A model generated the notes under the pieces. That model saw nothing but the letters and a program-made list of their open reading frames with translations, ran no database searches and had not been told where the DNA came from. The translations under genes and the position numbers were made by a program. This document shows, in pieces, positions 7,669 through 14,647 of a stretch of 14,647 nt of DNA (its first letter is position 1; every line of letters starts with the position of its first letter). Location: assembly GCA_011364925.1 (NCBI GenBank), contig RDOA01000066.1:1-14647 (forward strand). Direction: 5' to 3'. Source of the stretch: Promethearchaeota archaeon (GTDB lineage: Archaea; Asgardarchaeota; Lokiarchaeia; Sigyniarchaeales; SOKP01).

Positions 7669-8322
7669 TTAGGATAATAGTATGAGTATGTTCAATGTAA
7701 AATGAGCAATAGAACTTGGAAGAAGGGAGTTTTTAAAAAGGATGAAAGTTAACGCTAACAAAACGGCAAATGAGAAGTAATAGCCAAAAAAAGTAATTAT
7801 TGTTGATAAAGGAACTAAAAAAGGTGGAATGTGATAAAGTGTGAACATTATCGACGAAAATAAGACAGAATACAACAATTTTATCTTCTTATGTGTTTTT
7901 TTAATAAGAAAGCCTCGAAAAAAGCCTTCTTCACATGGAGCAACGATTACTATTTGAATCGCGATGAGAATTATTAATTGTAAAATAGAGGGATTAAGAG
8001 GTGTAGTGGAAATGGCATTGTTTATACCCTCTTCTACAAATTGGGACCCAAATAATAATAATACTAGAAAATTTAAAAAAAAGGATATGAGATAGCCACT
8101 AAGAAAAAAGAATGCGATACCAATTAAGACCCCTGCTATAATCTTTAAAAGCACTTTCTTTAATGTTGTTGCTTTCCTTTGAAAACCTATCTCTTTTAAT
8201 TCGTCTAAAATTGATTTTTTTTCAATTTTGGAGGCAATTAAAGTGGGAATAATAATCAAAAGAATCTCGAGAAATGAAAGACTAATCAATACTATTGGAT
8301 CTTTTCCTAAATCAATAGCCAT
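7669..8322 (-). CDS. CPBP (Abi/Rce1-like, type II CAAX) intramembrane glutamic endopeptidase
   Basis: EEGFFRG (EExxxR), FTLYH (FxxxH) and AHFTLN (HxxxN) motifs within a multi-TM protein. Confidence 0.9.
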   Translation of the reverse strand: MAIDLGKDPIVLISLSFLEILLIIIPTLIASKIEKKSILDELKEIGFQRKATTLKKVLLKIIAGVLIGIAFFFLSGYLISFFLNFLVLLLFGSQFVEEGINNAISTTPLNPSILQLIILIAIQIVIVAPCEEGFFRGFLIKKTHKKIKLLYSVLFSSIMFTLYHIPPFLVPLSTIITFFGYYFSFAVLLALTFILFKNSLLPSSIAHFTLNILILLS

Positions 8323-8416
8323 TTTTATTCAAGTTTTCTAATGATTTGAAATAAAAAAATTATAAAATTTAATCTCTCATTGTTATTATAATTGATTCTC
8401 ATTGTTTTAATTCTTA

Positions 8417-9688
8417 ATGACAATTAGAAATAAACCTTCGAATTACTCGAGTAATATCTCTTCAAATAGAACTACTCCATCAAATGATTCAGGGTTTACT
8501 AAAGAACAGCTAATCCTAATAAATTTGAAAGATTTAGCACAGGAATATTTAGAGATCGAGCAATTTAAGCAAAGATTTGCTAAAATTTTACTCCAAAACC
8601 AAGATTCCTTAGATTTCGAGGAGTTTTTAAAGTATCCAAATTACGATATAAAAGAAAATCTGCTAAAAAAGAAAGTTGCAGCGTCTAATATAAGAGGTTT
8701 GAATGTAGTAAGTGTAGATGGAAGCTCTGTTGTAAAAAAGTTCATGAATGTGGATTTTTCTTTTTTGAAAGCAATTGCGGTAAAATATTATTTTTATGAG
8801 AATGAATCTTCTAAAATCGATTACTTTCCTGATCTTGGGGGATTTAATAATTATAATGTCTATGGAAGTTATTTAAATCGCGAAGAAAGTGCGGTAGATG
8901 CAAAGATTTCAATAGATATGACATTTATGGAAATTAACCTTTTGAATAAACTGATCGAAAGAAAAAGCGATATTGATCTTATCATTATTGATGGGTCAGT
9001 AGTAATAATGCCGATAAACTTAATCTTTGCCAAGGATTCTGAGATTTCAAAGAACTACGACAAGCTATTAAAAGAATACCAAAAATTGTATTTTAATTGC
9101 AATGAAAGGGGAATAATACTAATTGGTTCTATAAAAGATACAAGAACTTCAGCGTTAACCAACTTGATAAGGAGTTCTATTCAGATGCTAAAACCTAGCG
9201 CTACGAACTTAACAGACTTTATAAAAATCAATTATCCTCAGATACTAGATTATTTTTCTGATTTAGATTTATTCAACAGAGTATTACACAAATCAGAAAG
9301 GAGTTGCATTTTTAATTGCAAAAAGGACCTTGAGAAGATTAGAGACACAGGAATAAAAAAAGAAATACCCTATTATTTTCCTCAAAGTTTTTACGCGTTC
9401 TATCTTAAAACTACAATCTACGACACACCATGTAGAATCGAGTTTTTTATGAACGAAAAACATTCGCTAAAGGAGGCTTCAGAAAAGGCTGACCTAATTT
9501 CTTCAATTCTCTTACCGATTTCCAGTTTTAATGAATTTTACGGTTTACCAATACCTCAAATAGAAGCTCATAAACGAGCTGTATTTAAACCTCACGAGAT
9601 TAATTTATTATTTAATAATTTGTCTCGGACATTGAATTATTATGGTGTATCGTTGTTAGAAAAACGAAGAACAAGAAGACCCTTTTAA
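8417..9688 (+). CDS. nurA: NurA-family nuclease
   Basis: VVSVDGS, LIIIDGS, LIGSIKD and C-terminal YGLPIPQIEAHKRA match the NurA catalytic Asp/Asp/His layout. Confidence 0.85.
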   Translation: MTIRNKPSNYSSNISSNRTTPSNDSGFTKEQLILINLKDLAQEYLEIEQFKQRFAKILLQNQDSLDFEEFLKYPNYDIKENLLKKKVAASNIRGLNVVSVDGSSVVKKFMNVDFSFLKAIAVKYYFYENESSKIDYFPDLGGFNNYNVYGSYLNREESAVDAKISIDMTFMEINLLNKLIERKSDIDLIIIDGSVVIMPINLIFAKDSEISKNYDKLLKEYQKLYFNCNERGIILIGSIKDTRTSALTNLIRSSIQMLKPSATNLTDFIKINYPQILDYFSDLDLFNRVLHKSERSCIFNCKKDLEKIRDTGIKKEIPYYFPQSFYAFYLKTTIYDTPCRIEFFMNEKHSLKEASEKADLISSILLPISSFNEFYGLPIPQIEAHKRAVFKPHEINLLFNNLSRTLNYYGVSLLEKRRTRRPF

Positions 9689-9690
9689 AA

Positions 9691-10383
9691 TTATATCTTT
9701 TCTAGTCTATTCAAAACTATATCTTCAAAAAAAATATGGGTTTTCTTTAAAATTTTGTTCTTAAATCCAAGATGTGCTAATGAGTTTAGAGTATCTTCAA
9801 ATTTAGTAGCGCTCGAACTAACATAATAGATATAGAAGCTCTGAGTCACATTTAAAAAAGGTACAGCTTGCGAGCAGAATTCTAAGAAAAGCTCAAATCC
9901 CTTCTCTCCTCCGTCCCAACTTTTATCTTCACCTCTTTTTATTACCAAGTTACCATTTACTCTTAAAGAGGGTAAATAGGGGGGATTAAATATAATTACA
10001 TTGAATGTATTTCTGAGATTATCGGGAAAACTTCTAAACAAATTAGAGTGGATGAAAGTGATACTCTGGTAGAAATTGTTAAGGCGTTCATTTAATTTAG
10101 CACATCGTATAGCATTTTTTAGAATATCTGAAGCAAAAATGTTTGAAGAAAAATTCGTGATTTGATTTTTCATCTTGGTTAAGTATAAAGCGATGATTCC
10201 CGTTCCAGTCCCCATATCTAAAACATTTTTGACGCTTTTAACATCTAATCCATCAAAGTATTTTTCATTAATATTTTCCTTAAAGTAATCAACAATCAAG
10301 AAAGAATCATCAGATGGAGCGTAAACATCCTCAAAGGGACATTCGAGGATTATGTCATGAAAGTTACTTATTGTTCTCAACAC
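9691..10383 (-). CDS. HemK2/PrmC (N6AMT1/Mtq2-like) release factor glutamine methyltransferase
   Basis: VYAPSDDSFL, VLDMGTGTG, IIFNPPY, WDGG motifs. Follows ksgA, as in other archaea. Confidence 0.88.
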   Translation of the reverse strand: MLRTISNFHDIILECPFEDVYAPSDDSFLIVDYFKENINEKYFDGLDVKSVKNVLDMGTGTGIIALYLTKMKNQITNFSSNIFASDILKNAIRCAKLNERLNNFYQSITFIHSNLFRSFPDNLRNTFNVIIFNPPYLPSLRVNGNLVIKRGEDKSWDGGEKGFELFLEFCSQAVPFLNVTQSFYIYYVSSSATKFEDTLNSLAHLGFKNKILKKTHIFFEDIVLNRLEKI

Positions 10384-10394
10384 CTTGAAAGAAT

Positions 10395-11252
10395 TTAATT
10401 ATATAACCAATTAAAGATCAACTTACTCAGCTCAATAATTTCTTCTACTTTAAATTGCGCGATTTTTTTATCGTTGAATTTGGCATTTTTTATGACATTA
10501 TAAATCTCTTGTTTAGATGAAAACCCAATTTCTTCTTTTTTAAGAAATAACATTATGCCATTAATCAAATTCTTATTTTTATACGGCATTAAACCGGCAA
10601 CAAATTTTAAGAAGAATTTTCTTTGGTCCTCAATTAAAAGAAAAGGGTTAATATTTTCTTTAGGCTTTACGATAATTAATGCTAATTCAATCTTAGGAGT
10701 TGGAATGAAGCAAAATTTAGAAATCTTATGTTTTTGAATAGGTTCCATGAACGCATTAAAACTAACCGTTATTCTCGAAAAATTTTTGTAGGTATTTTTA
10801 AAAAAAATACGTTCGGCAATGGTATTTTCAATTATTAGAACTCCTCTGGCAGGTTTTTCTTTGTAAAATACTTTTTCGAAGATAGCTCCTGTAATTGAAT
10901 AAGGAATATTAGAGATTACGATATCATGATGAGGGATTTGCGCTTTCAAAATATCTTGGTTAAACAATTCAAGATTTTTAACGCTTCTAAATTTCTCTGT
11001 AAGAAAGTTATACAATTTAAAATCAATTTCAAAAGCGTAAATTTTGTTTCCTTGCCCTATTAAACCTTCAGTTAAAGCACCTAAACCCGGTCCGATCTCT
11101 AAAACTACTTCATCTTCTAAAAGGTGAGATTCCGAGAGTATCTTTGATACAATATTCTTATCGATAAGAAAATTCTGTCCTAAACGTTTATTTGGCTTTA
11201 TACCAAGCTTTCTTAAAATAAGATGTGTCTCTTGGCTGTTCATACTGTTCAT
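10395..11252 (-). CDS. rsmA: 16S rRNA (adenine-N6,N6)-dimethyltransferase KsgA/RsmA/Dim1
   Basis: LGQNFLID, VLEIGPGLGALT, AFEID, ISNIPYSIT, FIPTPK. 4-bp ATGA overlap with the upstream DUF655 gene. Confidence 0.95.
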   Translation of the reverse strand: MNSMNSQETHLILRKLGIKPNKRLGQNFLIDKNIVSKILSESHLLEDEVVLEIGPGLGALTEGLIGQGNKIYAFEIDFKLYNFLTEKFRSVKNLELFNQDILKAQIPHHDIVISNIPYSITGAIFEKVFYKEKPARGVLIIENTIAERIFFKNTYKNFSRITVSFNAFMEPIQKHKISKFCFIPTPKIELALIIVKPKENINPFLLIEDQRKFFLKFVAGLMPYKNKNLINGIMLFLKKEEIGFSSKQEIYNVIKNAKFNDKKIAQFKVEEIIELSKLIFNWLYN

Positions 11253-11908
11253 TCATATTTTTGAGTCTTCGAGAATAAGTAATACTTCACGCCTTCACGC
11301 TGTAATTCTTTGATTATTCTTAAGGCAATCTGTTTTGCGGGTTGTGACATACTGGTTCGATCAGAGATATCTTTAAAAGTGGTAAATTTCTGTCTGTTTC
11401 TCGCGTCGATTATTTCCCACATATGTTTCTGACCAACTCCAGGTAATAATTTCAGAGAATGCATTCTGGGTGTTATTGAAGTAGAATTGTTGAAGAAGTT
11501 TATGAACTCCTCCTCGTAATTTAACACTTCTGCTTCAAGAAGAGGTAGAATTAAAGCTTTTGAAGTGTTAGTTAAATCATTGTAATCTATTTTTTTAATG
11601 ACATCTCCTAATTTATTCTGCTTTAGGAATTCTTCATATGTATTTTTCTCTTGAACCTTTATGTCTGAGTCTCTATTACATTTAACCTCATAGAGAACGA
11701 AATCTGGAAAAGTTAGAACTTGAGCGATTGGTATTTTAGACCAACTAGGCTTATCTTCTTCAGGATGACCATGTAGCAATAAATCTAAAATAATAAGTTC
11801 TCGAAATTTTTTTATAAATTGCTTTTTTACCCCAGGTTCTCTTCTTGGATATCTGGGTCTCTGAGAAAGCCTTCTGTTTCGGTCTCGATTTCTTTCCATA
11901 CCTACCAA
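11249..11908 (-). CDS. DUF655 family putative RNA-binding protein (HhH)
   Basis: IDYNDLT, FINFFN...ITPRMHSLKLLPGVGQKHMWEII, FKDISDR, KYYLF. Conserved position between rpoF and ksgA. Start may be ATG at 11899. Confidence 0.88.
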   Translation of the reverse strand: MVGMERNRDRNRRLSQRPRYPRREPGVKKQFIKKFRELIILDLLLHGHPEEDKPSWSKIPIAQVLTFPDFVLYEVKCNRDSDIKVQEKNTYEEFLKQNKLGDVIKKIDYNDLTNTSKALILPLLEAEVLNYEEEFINFFNNSTSITPRMHSLKLLPGVGQKHMWEIIDARNRQKFTTFKDISDRTSMSQPAKQIALRIIKELQREGVKYYLFSKTQKYE

Positions 11909-12063
11909 TCTTCTTCTTATTTACGTTCCAGATGTGCATAATGTAAAATTATTTTAAATTTCCTTTTTTAACAAGGATTACTCATTAAAATTTAAAAGAA
12001 TTCGAATTTATAAATTCTTCGTTGTATATTACACATTGTATAAAATTCTTTATAAATATACGG

Positions 12064-12429
12064 TTAGGATGATTTGAGTTCTTCTATTTGAGCTAGAAGG
12101 TCTTGTAATTGTTCATCATTTAGGGATTTTCCCGCAAAACTCTTCTCTAATATCATCCTAAGTTCTGGAACTGTGTGAGGATCAATATTAACAATGTTTA
12201 TCGCATAAGGCTCTTCTATTTCATACTTATCTATAAGTAGCTTTTGAATCTTGATTGCATCTTTCTCGCTCATTTTAGCAAACTTATTAACATAATTATA
12301 TGTTATTTCTTGAAAATGAGACAGTCCTTCTTCACTGTCAATTTCCTCGATTTTCTCTTTCACAGTTTCCATGATTTTTTTAACTTCAGGTATAGAAACA
12401 GTTTTTTCGTTTACTTTTCTTCCAGACAT
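12064..12429 (-). CDS. rpoF: DNA-directed RNA polymerase subunit Rpo4 (RpoF/Rpb4)
   Basis: VSIPEVKKIM, QEITYNYVNKFAK, AINIVNIDPHTVPELRMIL. Directly downstream of rpl21e, as is typical in archaea. Confidence 0.92.
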   Translation of the reverse strand: MSGRKVNEKTVSIPEVKKIMETVKEKIEEIDSEEGLSHFQEITYNYVNKFAKMSEKDAIKIQKLLIDKYEIEEPYAINIVNIDPHTVPELRMILEKSFAGKSLNDEQLQDLLAQIEELKSS

Positions 12430-12446
12430 GTCAATCTCTACATTTT

Positions 12447-12764
12447 TTAATTTTGTGATTGTTGAACAGATCCCTTATTAGCTCGTAAGTGTTCCTTGCC
12501 AACAATTAGCAATTTTCTAGAATTACCTAATTTAACTTCAATTTCGTAGCATCTTCCTCTCGTTCCTTTGACCGTTCCAGTTAATCCATGATATCTCCTA
12601 TGTGGAAACCCTCTTTTGTGTTGCGAGGGGTCAGTGATAATGTCCACTTTATCATTGACTTCATAATCAATTAAATATTTCTCTACTGAACCAAGTCCTC
12701 GATCTCGTACTTTTTTTCTATGTCTTTTACGAGTTTTGTTTCGGTAACCTTTATGTAATGTCAT
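12447..12764 (-). CDS. rpl21e: 50S ribosomal protein L21e
   Basis: KGYRNKTR, DKVDIITDPSQHKRGFPHRRYHGLTGTV, KLLIVGKEHLR. Confidence 0.96.
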   Translation of the reverse strand: MTLHKGYRNKTRKRHRKKVRDRGLGSVEKYLIDYEVNDKVDIITDPSQHKRGFPHRRYHGLTGTVKGTRGRCYEIEVKLGNSRKLLIVGKEHLRANKGSVQQSQN

Positions 12765-12877
12765 GCGTTTCTGTAGCCTTTATCTAAATTAATTAGTTTT
12801 TAATAAAAAAATCTAGTTTTGATAGTATGTGTTACTTAATTTATTTATTTTTTGATTTAGTCTCATTTAATAGTTAG

Positions 12878-14233
12878 CTAAGATATCTCTAGAACATCTA
12901 AATTTTTACATTCAATAGGAAATCCGAAAATTTCTGTAAAAGAAGGTGTTGTTCTTCCATCGTCACCATTAATAATTTCCTTAATGTATGTCCCGCCCTG
13001 AGCTTCCACCACGAATTCAAAAACTTTAGGCTTTATGAATTTTCCCATTATTTGAAATACTTTTTTTTCTCGAATCTTATCAGCACGACGATGAGAAACC
13101 CTATTTGGAGTTCTTTGTTTGATTTTTTGTGTCCCAAATATGCTTTTTAACTCGTTTAATTTAACTTCAAATTTTTCTTTGGTTATTCCTTCTGACGAAA
13201 ATACTAAAGCTCTATAGACTTTTTTTGTGTTTTCTGCATTAAATTTCAGTTCTTTGACTTGTGCCTTATTACTATATCCTAAGTTAGTGATTTTTACTTT
13301 GTTCTTGTTTCTTTTATTTACTTTTTTCTGCAGTTTTTCTAAATTTAAAGTTCTAATCTGAGGATTTCTTAGCTCTAAAATAAAAGGTCTCCCTGTTCCC
13401 AACATTTTCACATCAATATCCTCCCTTCCTGCACCATGAAATCTTGAGCTCTCAGCCTTTGCCTCCTTTAGAAAATCAGGGCTAATTAGTTCTTCTACAC
13501 TAGTTTTATATTGCTTTCCTGAAAAATTGCATGATTCACATCCTTTCCCTCTACATAACCTGCAATCCCAATGAGTTTGTGGAATGCCTCGAATAAATTT
13601 ATTGTATCTTCCTTTAATAAAAATAGATCTTATCAGTAAATTGACTTCTGATGATGTAAAATTAAGAGTAAAGATTACTGTAATATCGGGATTCGCGAAT
13701 TCTGGAGGTTTGCTTAGAATATTTGAGACCTCTTTTCCGACTTCTCTGTTAAAATGATTTTTAAATGATTCTGCATCAAGTAAGTTAAAATGAGCTTTAA
13801 AATTATCTTCTCTATTAACGATTTGTGAGTTGAGCGCGGTTCCTACGAGGATATTATTAAACTCCAGATTGTGTAAGTTCTGTATGGCTATTTTTGCATA
13901 ACTAGAAATGTTATTAAAAATATCGTTACATAAATAACAATTCTCAGATGAATTTATTGTAAAGCTATTAAAGCCTTCTCTTTCTAGAACGCTTCTAGCA
14001 GGGATAAACTTAGCTTTTTCTCCAAGCAATTTCAAAATGTTTATAGCTTCCTCATGTTCTTCGTTCTTTGATAAATACTTTCTGTGATATTCCATAGTTA
14101 GTGCTAAAAGAAGAGATTTACCTCTATCGTAGTTAGTGGTGTTCGTCCCGAGCAATGAAAACATTCTACCTAAACAATGAAGGCAAATGTAATACTCTTG
14201 GTAAATCTCTAAAATTTTTTCAAAAATAGTCAT
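12878..14233 (-). CDS. pus10: tRNA pseudouridine(54/55) synthase Pus10
   Basis: N-terminal CLHCLGR/CYLC zinc motifs, FNREVGK, GRYNKFIRGIPQTHW, catalytic FHGAGREDIDVKMLG, QRTPNRVSHRRAD, GGTYIKEII. Confidence 0.96.
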   Translation of the reverse strand: MTIFEKILEIYQEYYICLHCLGRMFSLLGTNTTNYDRGKSLLLALTMEYHRKYLSKNEEHEEAINILKLLGEKAKFIPARSVLEREGFNSFTINSSENCYLCNDIFNNISSYAKIAIQNLHNLEFNNILVGTALNSQIVNREDNFKAHFNLLDAESFKNHFNREVGKEVSNILSKPPEFANPDITVIFTLNFTSSEVNLLIRSIFIKGRYNKFIRGIPQTHWDCRLCRGKGCESCNFSGKQYKTSVEELISPDFLKEAKAESSRFHGAGREDIDVKMLGTGRPFILELRNPQIRTLNLEKLQKKVNKRNKNKVKITNLGYSNKAQVKELKFNAENTKKVYRALVFSSEGITKEKFEVKLNELKSIFGTQKIKQRTPNRVSHRRADKIREKKVFQIMGKFIKPKVFEFVVEAQGGTYIKEIINGDDGRTTPSFTEIFGFPIECKNLDVLEIS

Positions 14234-14280
14234 ACTTCTTTAACATAATTAGGTTTTACATTTGTTTTAAATAATCCTTT

Positions 14281-14291
14281 AAAAAAAAAAA
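14281..14291 (-). terminator. Oligo(T) terminator candidate after the MFS gene
   Basis: A11 on + strand (T11 on - strand) about 20 nt past the MFS stop codon. Confidence 0.45.
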
Positions 14292-14311
14292 TATAGATTT
14301 TTAATAATTTA

Positions 14312-14647
14312 TTATTTTTTTTCCCATTCATAATCGAGTTTTACGAGAAATCTCGTAAAGAGATAAGCTACTATAAGAATTATAGAACATATTGGCCCCC
14401 ACACAACCAAACCAATAGAATAGGTTAAAGATCCAACCATAATGTCTGGTAAAGAAAGGACAATTCCGATAATTAGAGGACCAAGGGCTTGGAAAGCATT
14501 GAGGATTAAACTTGGGAATCCTTCGTAGACTCCTGCTCTTAACTCACCTGAACGTTTCTCGTCATCTTCAGCTATATCTGCTTTATATATGTATGGGAAG
14601 TGATTCCATCCTGCGAGTGAAGCTGCTACTATAAGAATAAAGATGAT
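14312..14647 (-). CDS. GPH/MelB-like MFS transporter, C-terminal 111 aa (5'-truncated by window edge; not in ORF track)
   Basis: Hand translation: IIFILIVAASLAGWNHFPYIYKADIAEDDEKRSGELRAGVYEGFPSLILNAFQALGPLIIGIVLSLPDIMVGSLTYSIGLVVWGPICSIILIVAYLFTRFLVKLDYEWEKK*. The ADxxxDDExRxGxxRAGxY loop is the glycoside-pentoside-hexuronide signature. Confidence 0.85.
   Translation of the reverse strand: MIFILIVAASLAGWNHFPYIYKADIAEDDEKRSGELRAGVYEGFPSLILNAFQALGPLIIGIVLSLPDIMVGSLTYSIGLVVWGPICSIILIVAYLFTRFLVKLDYEWEKK

Noticed and set aside
10555-10737. 60-aa plus-strand ORF
   Set aside because: Antisense shadow of rsmA.
12244-12450. 68-aa plus-strand ORF
   Set aside because: Antisense shadow of rpoF.
14340-14400. 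Apparent frameshift and inverted repeat (tttacgaga-aa-tctcgtaaa) near the MFS 3' end
   Set aside because: Careful re-translation shows a continuous frame to the stop at 14312. The short repeat is coding and unremarkable.
1-14647. CRISPR array, rRNA/tRNA, intact transposase, selenoprotein/SECIS or defence system
   Set aside because: I saw no spaced direct repeats, cloverleafs, DDE/HUH transposase motifs or in-frame UGA within a conserved protein.

Overview
AT-rich archaeal DNA, most consistent with an Asgard archaeon (Lokiarchaeia-like). This is inferred from archaeal information-processing genes together with a Rab-like small GTPase. The right half (about 9.7-14.2 kb) is a conserved minus-strand archaeal cluster: pus10, rpl21e, rpoF/Rpo4, DUF655, ksgA/rsmA and a HemK2-type methyltransferase. 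It is preceded by the 3' end of a GPH/MelB-type MFS transporter that the ORF track missed. The middle holds an orphan NurA-family nuclease, a CPBP/Rce1-type membrane protease, a Rab-like GTPase, an aldo/keto reductase and a NIPA-like DMT transporter. The left part holds a DUF1512 C-terminus, a VOC (methylmalonyl-CoA epimerase-like) protein and an orphan 841-aa family-5 solute-binding protein with an extra C-terminal domain and membrane anchor. The least explained signals are non-coding and flank that solute-binding gene: a three-way-junction fold in its probable 5' leader (1846-1939), a ~265-nt end-paired multi-hairpin element downstream (about 4668-4933), and two abutting perfect palindromes at 1511-1559. 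All calls come from reading the sequence; no searches or folding programs were run.
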